Shown: piece after piece, positions 19,623 through 30,072 of the stretch
Numbering within the stretch: position 1 is the stretch's first letter
Layout: each line of letters starts with the position of its first letter
Assembly (NCBI GenBank): GCA_963806535.1
Contig: CAWDYC010000009.1
Location: 1 to 64,000 of the forward strand
Source: Candidatus Bathyarchaeota archaeon
Lineage (GTDB): Archaea > Thermoproteota > Bathyarchaeia > Bathyarchaeales > Bathycorpusculaceae
Length of the DNA: 64,000 nt
Direction of reading: 5' to 3'
Translations under genes and position numbers: made by a program
The notes under the pieces: model-generated
The model's database searches: none
What the model was told of the DNA's origin: nothing
Seen by the model: only the letters and a program-made list of their open reading frames with translations

Positions 19623-20694
19623 TTACTCCTTGCTTCTCAAAACTTTCGGGATATAAGCGCATCGTGGATCTGAACCTAAAATGTCTCCCGTGTAAAATAG
19701 CGCTGATGATCGGCAGCCGCCACATAATTCTCGGTATTCGCAAACGCCACATTTGCCTTTAGATGTGGTTTTTATCTTTGACTTTTTTGAAGAACTCGCG
19801 AGCTTTGCATTTCCGTCCCATATTTGCTTAAGTGATTTGTCTTTGATGTTGCCGAGTCTGTAGGCGTCGTTGTAGCTGCAGGGTATGACATCGCCGTTTT
19901 CTGCAACACTCATGAATTTGCCAAAGAAACATCTGCCTAAGAAAAAGTTGTTGTACCAGTTGTCAAAGTCAGGCATTCCCCGTTGTTTGGCTACTCGGGC
20001 GTAAAAGGGAATGTAAATGTTGATTCCAGGAATTCCCTTGTATTCTTGGGTTAAATCGTAGAGTTTGTTGCATACCCACTCGTATTGTTGCGGCGTGGGG
20101 TCGGCTTTGAGGCTGCTTTTGTCTTTGCTGTATGGTATGAAACCGTGGAAGACCACCCAGCGGGCATCGTATTTCTTGGCTAAGTCTAAAACATGACGCA
20201 TGTCTTCTTCGTTTACGTTGGTGACTTCGCCGGCGTTAGCAAATGTGTAGACAAGGCAGTTTAGAAGTTTTTCTTTTGAAAACTTCTTTATTGCTGCAAC
20301 CGCAGCCGCATAAGCGCCTTTGCCTCGGATAGCATCGTTTGTTTTTTTTCCGCCGTCAATGCTTACGGAGATTTTGGTTTGGTTCTTAACAATTTTTTGG
20401 AACGCTTCTTCGTCGAGAAGACGCCCGTCAGTTATGATGCTTGTGCTCAAACCCTTTTTTGTGGCGTAATCGAGAACTTCGAAAAGATCCTTGCGCAGAA
20501 AAGGTTGTCCACCTGTGATTCCAAAAAAGCTTGCGCCAAAATCGTTTACTTGATCAACAATTTTTTTGGCGTCTGCAGTATCCTAGTTCATCTGCAACTG
20601 CAGGTTTACATGCTGAAATACAGTGGACGCAATTGCTTTCGCATTCGAATGTGCATCGCCAAGGAACAATGAACAAGGGACCTTTATTTTTCAA
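19623..20694 (-). CDS. Radical SAM/SPASM protein (AhbC/D-NirJ/PqqE-like; several frameshifts)
   Basis: Upstream frames read MKNKGPLFIVPWRCTFECESNCVHC (CxxxCxxC) and GITGGQPFLRKD; then SIDG; SPASM C..G...GDVIPC and CGVCEYRELCGGCR...DPRC. Confidence 0.88.
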
Positions 20695-20878
20695 GCCTTA
20701 TTTCTCCAAGGAGCCTTTATTTGTTAATCCAAAACAAGTATTTGGGTATTTAATGCTTCACATTTCATTTTAATTTTTGAAACTTAAACTGAAAGTAACA
20801 GATTTGATTCGATTAACTTTCACTTTTCCAAAAGAGTTATTACTTTATTTTTGTCTTCTAAAATTTGGAGAAAGGAGA

Positions 20879-21142
20879 ATGGATGAGGAGAGGCTAGTTG
20901 ACATTAGCCAACGTAATTGTGATCATGGTACAGACCGATTGTACACTCAACGATGCTTTGACATCCTAAACGGTTTCGAGTTAACTTTTACCCGCTGCAT
21001 TAACTGCCACAAAATTGTTAGCTTAGAAGCAAAAAAATTAGACAGTGGAATAGACTCCAGATTATTTTGCCTTATCTTTTTCATAAAGATAAAGTGGTCC
21101 CTCTTTCAGCAGATCCAGAGCACGCTGCGTTTGAGTTGTTGA
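20879..21142 (+). CDS. Small Cys/His-containing hypothetical protein
   Basis: ATG at 20879 after GGAG; CDH...RC...RCINCH. The 3' end is uncertain because it overlaps the convergent gene. Confidence 0.5.
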   Translation: MDEERLVDISQRNCDHGTDRLYTQRCFDILNGFELTFTRCINCHKIVSLEAKKLDSGIDSRLFCLIFFIKIKWSLFQQIQSTLRLSC

Positions 21143-21478
21143 TAGCTTGCATGTTTTCGCATCGTTTAGAAACGGGAGTTTTTCAGGGGCATTTTGTAGG
21201 ATGTGAAGGTCTTCCCATGTTACTTTGACGTCTTCATAGGGCATATTGTTTTCATCTACATCCATAACCCATGTGCCAGCGTCTAATTCGTCTCCTTCAC
21301 TTAAAGTTGTAAATGGTCCCAGCAAAGTTTTATTGTCTGTGTTGTAGAGGAAAACAACTGTTCCTGCTTTGATTTCTTCTAAATGGGGGGATTCCTTGGC
21401 TGCGCAAGTGTAGCGTTTTTTGCTTAAGCATTGTTGCTGGGAAGCGTTATTACAAAAAAGTACATAACCGTCATACAT
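21062..21478 (-). CDS. DCD (development and cell death)-like, PUA/EVE-related domain protein
   Basis: GYVLFCNN...C...IKAGTVVFLYN....LLGPF matches the recalled DCD signature G(Y/F)IFxCNN...IxPGxxLFLYN...LxGxF. Confidence 0.65.
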   Translation of the reverse strand: MYDGYVLFCNNASQQQCLSKKRYTCAAKESPHLEEIKAGTVVFLYNTDNKTLLGPFTTLSEGDELDAGTWVMDVDENNMPYEDVKVTWEDLHILQNAPEKLPFLNDAKTCKLSTTQTQRALDLLKEGPLYLYEKDKAK

Positions 21479-21656
21479 AATTCAACAAAACCTTACTATA
21501 ATTTTGAGTGTCTTGCCGCTTATTTTCTTTTTCTATAAAGTTCTCACTTTAACACGCTCGTGAAATCGCTCAGAAATACTTGGTTCTTAATTGATCTTTA
21601 CTCTAATAGAAAATTTTAATTGTTAAAGCATTATTATCTTTGCTAACTCGAATTAG

Positions 21657-23048
21657 GTGGAATGTGCTTTAAAGGCTCTTTCAATTGCAAAATTCGGCGG
21701 CAGCCTCTTAGATGTTGAAGGCAAAGGAATCCCAAAAATCATAAAAAGAATAAAAGAAATCAACCAAAAAGACGGCTTCGGCCCAATTGTTGTTTTTTCA
21801 GCCCCTGCAGGCTGCACTGACGCACTCATAAAGATAGGTGAGTCTTATGCACAAGCATGCTCGCTTCCTTTAGACCCAATTTTTGAAGTTTATGAGAGGC
21901 TAGCGAAGGCTTATGTCAAAGGCAAATGGCTCAAACCTGCTGAAGATGAGTTGGCTAATTACAAAGCTTTAACTTTGGCTACTCTTGAGTCAGTTAACAA
22001 GCGTTTTAGCGGCAACATTAAAGCAAGAATTCTTACTTTAGGCGGAGAACTCGCCATGTCCACTTTGGCAGATTACATTTTGAAGAGTAACGGTTTGGAT
22101 TCTTGCAGTGTCTCGCTTGAAGATTGGCCAATTGTTACTGATGACAATTTTGAAGATGCCATGCCCAATTACGAGTTAAGCAAAAAAAGAATCCATACAT
22201 TAATTGAGCCGCTTGAAGACGGCAAAATTGTTTGTTTAGCAGGCTTCTTAGGCGTCACAGCTGATGGGCTTGAAACCATATTAGGCAGAGGCGGTTCAGA
22301 TTTAACAGCGGTTTTCGTTTCCTGTCTCTTAAAAGATTTGTACAATACTGAAACTTTACTGTATAAAGATGTGCCAGTTCAAAGTGCTGACCCCAAAGTT
22401 GTGCGTGGCCAGAAAACTGAGCATGTTTTGGCGCTTACTTATAATGAGGCTCATAAGGCTTCAATGATGGGTATGAAAATTGTGCAGAGCCCAGCAATCG
22501 CCATGGCCAGGCGTTTCACGCAACCTTTGAGAATAGTGCCAATCGATGAGCCAAAAATGTATTCGGTAATTGAGGCAGAAACAAGCGGCGGAGAAATAGT
22601 GAAATGTTTAACAGGCAAATCTCGTTGCGCAATCTTATCAATGAATGACGAGAAAAGCCGTTCACTGGAAGATTCCCTTAGAATTTGGGAAAGAAGAAAT
22701 GATTTTATGGATTTAGGCGCCGAAACCATGGAGACAGGCGAGCAGATTCGCGATTTCCTCTTCTTAGACTCAGATTTCTTAAAGAAAAACGAGGAAAAAC
22801 TCAAGGGCTTTGACGAAAACATGAAAATAGAGTACGGTTTAGGAGTCGTTACCTTGATCGGCGACAGAATGAAAGATTCTCCAGGTGTTGCTTCATTGGC
22901 CATCAGCGCAATCTCAGGCATTAACATTAAACGCGGTATTTTTGCGCCTCACACTTCACAAATAATACTTGTCGTTGAAGAAAAAAACATTAACGCCACA
23001 GTAGCAGCAATTCATCTAAAGAAACAGGAAATAAACAGTAAACAATAA
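21657..23048 (+). CDS. Aspartate kinase family protein with ACT domain
   Basis: KFGGS, GE, LGRGGSDLTA, ADPKVV, GMKIV, C-terminal VTLIGDRMKDSPGVA. Confidence 0.85.
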   Translation: MECALKALSIAKFGGSLLDVEGKGIPKIIKRIKEINQKDGFGPIVVFSAPAGCTDALIKIGESYAQACSLPLDPIFEVYERLAKAYVKGKWLKPAEDELANYKALTLATLESVNKRFSGNIKARILTLGGELAMSTLADYILKSNGLDSCSVSLEDWPIVTDDNFEDAMPNYELSKKRIHTLIEPLEDGKIVCLAGFLGVTADGLETILGRGGSDLTAVFVSCLLKDLYNTETLLYKDVPVQSADPKVVRGQKTEHVLALTYNEAHKASMMGMKIVQSPAIAMARRFTQPLRIVPIDEPKMYSVIEAETSGGEIVKCLTGKSRCAILSMNDEKSRSLEDSLRIWERRNDFMDLGAETMETGEQIRDFLFLDSDFLKKNEEKLKGFDENMKIEYGLGVVTLIGDRMKDSPGVASLAISAISGINIKRGIFAPHTSQIILVVEEKNINATVAAIHLKKQEINSKQ

Positions 23049-23287
23049 AATCGATCCTGCAAACCCCTAAATAGAGAGTAATAATCCAATATTTTGTTTT
23101 TGGCGACTAGAACGCTATCTACAGAATCAGCCGCCTCTTGGATTCTGAACTAATCTTTGCTTTGGCAGAAAAAGAATATAATCCTAAAGGTTCATTGTAA
23201 GACTATCAAAGATTTTATTTAAATTAAGTGTGAATCAAATTTGTCGTTTGTGCAAGATATCTATCCCTAAAAAAGTCTTTTCTCTTT

Positions 23288-24374
23288 ATGATTGCAGGTT
23301 TGATAGTTTTCGCCATTTATCTGTACTTTTACATTGGAATATCTCAAATAACATTAGTTTTAAGCAAGATTAACTCATCACAATATGCATTTTATTATTC
23401 AATTGCACTCTTAGCAGTTTTGGCTTCGGTATTTTTTTGGGCAGTAGCCTGGAACACGATCCTTAGAACTCTTTCAATTCAGAGTTTCTTACAGACGTGC
23501 TTACCTGTATTATTGGGTCAGCTACTTTACAGATTTAGTTGTTCCATGCGCCACTGTATGCGGTGAATTAACAAGATTATATCTTGTTCAAAAAGAAACA
23601 AAAGAAAACTACGGCGCTCTTGCATCTGCAGCTGTAACCAACCGTATAGTTGCATATACAGTAGTAACCGTCGGGTTATACGTTGGAGCAATAGTTGTAT
23701 TTTTGAAGCCAAGTGTTTCACCAACCATAACAAATGTTTTCATATTTTTCTTGGTTGGAGTAACAATTTACATGGGAGTTCTTCTGTATTTAGCAACAGA
23801 AAAAAAAGCTGCAAAAAACATAACAGGACTTTATCTTATACTTCTAAAAACTTTTAGACCAAAACACGATCGCTTAAGCACAGTAGAAAAAACTAGAAAA
23901 TCACTTGAAGATTTTTATAGTGGCTTCCAAGCTTTCCGTGAAAAACCAAGATTACTTTTAAAACCTTTCTTCTTTCACTCAATATCATACATCCTTGGAT
24001 TATCAGTTTATATCCTGATTTTTTATGCACTAGGAATACCTTCTTCAAATCCAGAATTCTACATCGTTGTTTTCTTCATAGCCGTCGCAGTTCAAGATGC
24101 TACGGCAAGCTTCTCAGTTGGTTCACTTGAAATTCTTTTAGCCACAATCTTCTTGCTCTACGGAATTAACCCCGGAATAAGCGGAATCGCTGCTGTAGTT
24201 TTGAGAAGTGCAGGTTTCTGGTTTCCATTGTTTGTAGGTTTTATTTGTGTACAAATTGTTGGAGCTAAAAACTTGCTTGCTGCCAAACCTGAAGACATAG
24301 AAAGAAGTCTAAAGCGCAACAGCGATAAAGTACTAAAAACTGAGAGAAGAGAGAATGGAAAGAAGGACAGTTGA
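23288..24374 (+). CDS. Lysylphosphatidylglycerol synthase TM / flippase-like protein (UPF0104; frameshift)
   Basis: Multi-TM; intermediate frame reads ..LVVPCATVCGELTR; GSLE, LRSAGFWFPL. Confidence 0.8.
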
Positions 24375-24449
24375 AGAATAACGTTTTCTAATGGTGGAAA
24401 TTTCAAATGATCATTTTGACTATTTTGCTTAAGGATTTAAAGGCTGTTT

Positions 24450-24944
24450 TTAATCAGTAGACTGTTTTTTATATTTACGACGGGAGAAAAAGATGATCAG
24501 AATGCTTCCGAAAACTACTATAATAATGAATATAGGCAGATACATAAGGGGTATTCCTTCCGAGTTGCTACCACCTGAAATGTCTGGATTTGTCACATAA
24601 GAGAAGGTCACTTGAACTGAACTAGGCAAGTCATTCTCAAAATTTAACGTGTAGTTCCCAGTCTGCTGCGCAATAAAACTGAAAGAGGCAGTTTTATCGA
24701 CTAAACCCAAGTTGACAATTACAGTTCCATTCGGTGAGCTTGCAAAAAAGCGAACTGGCCCAGATGTTGAAATTGACCCATTAAATTGAGTTCCTGTAGG
24801 CAGCGAATAATGTAGTTGCGTTGAGGATTGCGAAAGAGTGAAAGTTGGAAAGGTGGCCGTTGAGGCGTGTACTGAAAGAATCATTAATGATGCTAAAATG
24901 AGAACTCCCAGTGCGAGAGACGTGAGCAATTTGGTTTTTTTCAT
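24450..24944 (-). CDS. Secreted, C-terminally anchored GOLD/emp24-like beta protein
   Basis: Signal peptide, FSF.AQQTGNYTLNFEN, C-terminal TM plus basic tail. Confidence 0.7.
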   Translation of the reverse strand: MKKTKLLTSLALGVLILASLMILSVHASTATFPTFTLSQSSTQLHYSLPTGTQFNGSISTSGPVRFFASSPNGTVIVNLGLVDKTASFSFIAQQTGNYTLNFENDLPSSVQVTFSYVTNPDISGGSNSEGIPLMYLPIFIIIVVFGSILIIFFSRRKYKKQSTD

Positions 24945-25024
24945 GTGCCTGACTCAACAGATGCTTAGAGAAGTCATAAGCGCTCTTAATAACAGTCACG
25001 TTGAAAAAGAGAAAAAAATTAAAT

Positions 25025-25537
25025 CTAGAATTGTGCAGCCGCTACCATGAATACTTCTGTCAACAATAAGAGCGTCACGGCTAAAGGAGGAATAATTGAC
25101 AAACGTTTCTGTAATAGTTTTAATTCTACTGGTGGAGGCTGTTGGGGGTTTTGCTGCATTTTCCTTATGACATGCTCTAATTTCCTAGCGGTTGGAGTGA
25201 GCAAAAGAAAAACAACTAGGAACGCGGTAATTCCAATCGCAGCTCCAATAACTATACATATCGACCAAGGCGAAACAAGATTAAACTGATTTGGCGGACC
25301 ATCATTCATTGTGAAAGCCAAAAGTGGCCCAAAAGTAAGGGTTAAAGCTGAAAGTATTTGAACCGACCTGGCAAACCTTGGAAGCACTTTTAGAAAGAAT
25401 TCTCCGCTTGCTTGAGGCGAAAATTTGGCTAGGGTAGGCTTGACTGTGATAAGGAATGTGAGCGCTGCCCCAGACCATCCGATTACGGAGAAAATATGAA
25501 ACCAAGTTAAGATACCCACAATTATTTGGTCAACCAT
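25025..25537 (-). CDS. CopD/DUF2269-like membrane protein
   Basis: WFHIFSVIGWSG and four TM helices. Confidence 0.6.
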   Translation of the reverse strand: MVDQIIVGILTWFHIFSVIGWSGAALTFLITVKPTLAKFSPQASGEFFLKVLPRFARSVQILSALTLTFGPLLAFTMNDGPPNQFNLVSPWSICIVIGAAIGITAFLVVFLLLTPTARKLEHVIRKMQQNPQQPPPVELKLLQKRLSIIPPLAVTLLLLTEVFMVAAAQF

Positions 25538-25736
25538 TTTCCAAAAAAACCTCGATTATATTTGATTTAAGGAGTGCTATATTTCTTTCTAATATCAAAC
25601 ATAGATAATAATTCAAGGATAATGCAGCGGTTAAAGCGCTTAAGTGGTGAATCAATTTAGATTTAGAACAGGATTAAAAAGAATAAACGCTTGTTAACCT
25701 GTGTAATAGTATTCAAAAAGAAAAAAAGGGTTTAGT

Positions 25737-26294
25737 TTATTGCTGTGGTGGCGAGGGCATCTGAGACTGCGGTGACGTTGGGTTTGTGGGTATTTGGAAG
25801 AATGCTACAAGTATTAGTATCCAAGCGATGAAGATCAAGAACAAACCAACTAAGATTATTGTAAGAACTGCACCGATGAGCAACAACAGTCCTCCAGTTC
25901 TGAACAGTCCGACTCCGGATTTGTTTGCTAGGGAATCAAATGCTTTTCGGATAAAGATAGCTTCAAGTATATAGAATATGAAAGCTACGATAAGAAATAT
26001 GATAAGCCCTGCAAAAAATCCCGCTATGCCTGTTCCTCCTCCAAAAGCTGCGCTAGCAAAAATCCCGCCGAAAAACAGCGACGCAAGAGCCAACCCCGAA
26101 CCGACTATTCCTATGATTCCAAATATTACTGCGTAGAGAGTGTTTTTCCAGATGCTTGGATCATTATAAGCCTTCGACAAATTATTCATGCCTATTAGGA
26201 CGAGTATTATGCCAACAATGCTCAAAAATGGAACCGGAATTACCAAAAATATTGAACCTATGCCGCCCAAATTTTTTCCTGACTCTACAGACAT
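25737..26294 (-). CDS. DUF996 family membrane protein
   Basis: LGGIGSI...IVGIILVLIG...LFRTGGLLLLIGAVLTIILVG...AWIL..VAFF. Confidence 0.85.
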   Translation of the reverse strand: MSVESGKNLGGIGSIFLVIPVPFLSIVGIILVLIGMNNLSKAYNDPSIWKNTLYAVIFGIIGIVGSGLALASLFFGGIFASAAFGGGTGIAGFFAGLIIFLIVAFIFYILEAIFIRKAFDSLANKSGVGLFRTGGLLLLIGAVLTIILVGLFLIFIAWILILVAFFQIPTNPTSPQSQMPSPPQQ

Positions 26295-26745
26295 TTCAAA
26301 ACCTCTACAATTTATTTTGTTTTGCACAGAATAAAAGCTTTACCACTGCGCAACATAGTGATCAAAAATATTGCACAATCTAAATGCGCTTTTTGAGTCA
26401 GACTAGTGTGTTAGTGTTTATCATGTAAAAATAACTCTTAAAATATGAGCGAAAAGGGAGAATTCATTAAAGTGTTGAAAGATCGTCCTCAAGTTGAACA
26501 CGAACACACTGCGTGAAAAGTTGGGACCAGCGGGGTCTAAACATTAATTGGTTAAAACCATAAGTTTTTTATCAAAAAAGCAGACCATTTGAAAAGTCAC
26601 TTTTTGCAATGTAGTGCAAGGGTGAGTTTACTTTTACAAATTTTTTTCTCACCATTAGTCAACTCTAATTCTTTAAAGATTACACAAAATTTTTGCTTAA
26701 GAATAATAATTTATATTATTATGAGATATTACCTTAGCGATAAGA

Positions 26746-27930
26746 ATGAATATCGATCAGAAAAAGATTGCAACCATACATGACTTCTATTTAGACTTTG
26801 ATTTCATGTCCGATCGACTCAGAAGTCTTAAAGAAAAGTTTCCTTCAGGCTTAATTATACCAATTCTTGGAAGTGATATTGAAAGTCCAGGCTTAAAGAA
26901 GATTGTTAATGAAATAAATCAATGCGATTATCTGAGTAAGGTTTTTGTTGCTCTTTCATCCACGGGACCCAGTGATTATGAAGAAGCTTTGAGGTTAAGT
27001 CGGTCTTTCAAGGTTCCGTGCGAAGTGGTTTGGTGCAACAAACCTGAAGTGATAACTGTTTTGGAAGAACTTAAAAGAAAAGGTCTTGATGTTACTCAGT
27101 TATCTGGGAAAGGCAAAGACGTGTGGATAGCAATGGGTATAGCCTCACTTGATCTTTTTGCTTTTGCTGTACACGATGCCGACATTGTATCCTACACCAA
27201 AATGCTGCCCACGAAGCTGCTATACCCCATTATTGAACCTAAGCTTGACTTTTTCTTTTCCAAAGGATATTATGCGCGTATTGATGAAACTAGAAAAAAG
27301 TTGTATGGTCGAATTCATAGGTTATTTATCAATCCTTTACTAGAGGTTCTCCAGGAGAAACTTCGTTATTCAAGATTTCTAATATATTTGCAGTCCTTTA
27401 GTTATCCGCTTGCAGGTGAAATGGCGCTCTACAGCGACTTAGCTACGCATCTTAGAGTGCCCAGTGATTGGGGGCTTGAACTGGGATTGCTGTCTGAGGT
27501 TTATAGGAATGCTTCTTACGGGCGCATCTGCCAAATTGACCTTGGATTCTATGATCATAGGCATAAGCAGATTGAAGCCAACGAATTAATGACAACCGCT
27601 GAAGATAGTTTCGTAACTTTATTGAGAACTTTAACTGAAACCGAAAACATAGATGTCTCTGAACCTTTTCTCACCAGTCTTTATGTGGCTTATAGGCGGT
27701 TGGCGCAGGATAAAATAAGGCAGTATCATGCCGATGCTACATGCAATAATCTTGATTTTGATAGGCATGAAGAAGAGGCTACTGTAGACGCATTGTCTTC
27801 AGTTATTATTTCAGGTGGAAAAAAATATTTGGCTAATCCAGTAAAAGCTCAATTGCCAGATTGGTTAAGAACTATGGCAGCTATGCCTGATATCCGAGAA
27901 AGACTCAGGGAAGAAGCCATTGAAACCTGA
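26746..27930 (+). CDS. gpgS: Glucosyl-3-phosphoglycerate synthase-like glycosyltransferase
   Basis: GKGKDVW, HDADI, KGYYAR, LYGR, YPLAGE, DWGLE, YDHRH. Confidence 0.78.
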   Translation: MNIDQKKIATIHDFYLDFDFMSDRLRSLKEKFPSGLIIPILGSDIESPGLKKIVNEINQCDYLSKVFVALSSTGPSDYEEALRLSRSFKVPCEVVWCNKPEVITVLEELKRKGLDVTQLSGKGKDVWIAMGIASLDLFAFAVHDADIVSYTKMLPTKLLYPIIEPKLDFFFSKGYYARIDETRKKLYGRIHRLFINPLLEVLQEKLRYSRFLIYLQSFSYPLAGEMALYSDLATHLRVPSDWGLELGLLSEVYRNASYGRICQIDLGFYDHRHKQIEANELMTTAEDSFVTLLRTLTETENIDVSEPFLTSLYVAYRRLAQDKIRQYHADATCNNLDFDRHEEEATVDALSSVIISGGKKYLANPVKAQLPDWLRTMAAMPDIRERLREEAIET

Positions 27931-28681
27931 AGGTACAAAGATTATTGTTTTCGCAGACCTTGATGGAAGTCTCTTAAACGATAAGTATGAATATGATCAA
28001 ATAGAACCAATTATTCATCAGCTTCTATCTTTAAATGTCTCCATTGTTTTTGCCAGCAGTAAAACAAGAAATGAAATTGATTTTTACAGAAACAAATGGC
28101 AGATAACTGATCCATTTATCATTGAAAATGGTTCAGCAATCCTGATACCTGAGAATTATTTTGGGATACATTATGAATTTACAAGGCGGGTGCAAGGCTA
28201 CAATATAATTGAACTTGGTACTCCTTACCGTATTATCCGTGAAAAACTAGATATTGTGAGAAATCGTACAGGCGCTAATATTGTAGGGTTTGGAGATATG
28301 ACTGCGGAAGAGATTGCAAAAGACAGCGGGTTGCCCCTTTATTTGGCGCAACTTGCTAAAAAAAGAGAATATAGTGAACCATTCAAAATTTTAGATGGAA
28401 ATGAGAAAGAGGTTTTAGACGCAATTAGCGATGAGGGTCTTTGCTATACCAGGGGTGGAAGATATCTGCATGCTCTGGGAAATTGTGATAAAGGAAAAGC
28501 AACGTCAATTTTAAAAAACCTGTATTTGCAGCAGTTTAAAAGAATCTTCAGTATCGGCGTTGGAGATAGCGCTAATGATTTAACTATGCTAAAAATTGTT
28601 GATAAGCCCTTTTTTGTAAATAAAACAGCTGATAAAAAAGCCATTTGGAAAGAAATCGAGTCGATTGCACGAGCTCAATAG
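27920..28681 (+). CDS. mpgP: Mannosyl/glucosyl-3-phosphoglycerate phosphatase (HAD-IIB)
   Basis: DLDGSLL, SSKT, ENGS, REYSEPF, GGRY, DKGKA, GDSAND. Confidence 0.88.
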   Translation: MKPEGTKIIVFADLDGSLLNDKYEYDQIEPIIHQLLSLNVSIVFASSKTRNEIDFYRNKWQITDPFIIENGSAILIPENYFGIHYEFTRRVQGYNIIELGTPYRIIREKLDIVRNRTGANIVGFGDMTAEEIAKDSGLPLYLAQLAKKREYSEPFKILDGNEKEVLDAISDEGLCYTRGGRYLHALGNCDKGKATSILKNLYLQQFKRIFSIGVGDSANDLTMLKIVDKPFFVNKTADKKAIWKEIESIARAQ

Positions 28682-28696
28682 AAGACCTTGAAATCA

Positions 28697-29934
28697 TTAG
28701 TATTTGTCAATCAAGTAGTGCTTGAGTTTTTCAAAGGTTTTTGCTTCTTCAACTACTCTTGCTTCAGACTCTTCCTCAGACTCTGTCCAAGTTTCTTTTA
28801 GGAAAGCAGCAATCCTACCAATCCAAAGCACCCTTAAAGCATCTATTAATTTCTCTCTGCCATAAACAGGGTTTTTATGGAATTCTGCGATGAATGAATA
28901 GACCGTTTTTGCCCAGATTTCCGAAGGAAAATCAATGTTTGATGTTTCTATTTGTCTGAAGTTGTTCAAATTTATTTAGGATTTCAGGTTCTAGAAATGA
29001 TTTGTAAATGTCGTATGTAGCTGTCATAGTTGTTTTTGAATGCTTCAATCGTGGCGGGTAGGGAAACTTGAATTTGTTCAGGTGTACTGTTGCTTTTTAC
29101 ATCGCCGAATAATTCTGTGTTGGAAACGCCATCTATTGCTTTCCAAACTGACTCATAGCATTCTATGGAAGTAAACATGATGTTGATGACTTGACGAAAC
29201 ATAGAAGCCAGTTGACTGGAAGGGTCTTTGGCATCATGATTTTTTACTCCCAAAAGAGCTTGCTTTACTTTGTATCCTTTTGCAAGTGCGGTATAGGTTT
29301 CAAAGATGTCGATGCCGAAACGGCAAACGTCTGGAAGCTCCCACATGGAGGAATCCAAAAGGTCTTCTACCAATTCGATAGAAAGACCAAAATCTCCTCC
29401 TATGGGTTGTCTGATGTCTTTGCCGAAAAGGCTTTTTGTTACTGGATAACATAAAAAGTTGGTTATTGTTCCGTCATATTTGCGTCGGTTGTAGTAGGGT
29501 GCTACAAAACCTGTTCCTGCCATTGTCGGGGCAATTAATAGTTGCATCCATTCTGGAGTTATGCTGCGTAAATCTGAATCTACTAGGGCAACACTTTTCA
29601 CTTTCAACTGGGTTGCTGCCTCAAAAATAGCCCTAACAGCCCTTCCTTTCCCCGATATTCCCATGTAAATGGCTGGAATTAGCTTCACCTCGGAAGGCAA
29701 ATATAGTTTCTTGACTGAGGTCAAAGTTTCATCCTTTGAGTTTCCATCTGACACAAAGATTACAGACTTAAAATTGGGAAAATAAGTGTCTAAACCCTTG
29801 GTAACTTGAGAAATAACATAACTTGCTGTCAGCACATTATTGAAAGACGGAATTCCTACCAAGATATCTGCTTTTTCTATGTCGTGTAGATACACTTTGG
29901 CATCCAACGATAATGCGGAATCTTCTTTATTCAT
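28697..29934 (-). CDS. Glucosylglycerate synthase (Ggs)-type GT2 (frameshift ~28970-29010)
   Basis: VGIPSFNN, GKG.A, VDSDLRSITPEW, RRKYDGTITN, RQPIGGDFG, FGIDI, HDAKDP; C-terminus in ORF 28697-28969. Confidence 0.8.
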
Positions 29935-30072
29935 ACTTGTTCCACCTGCATTATGCATGCATTCTAAAATAGCATTCGCTTACAATTCCTATCTTAATAC
30001 TTTAGATTCTTCAAAAAATAATAGAAATTTCCAAAAAAAACGTTTAAAGTAACCGACGTTCTAGAGTTAAAT

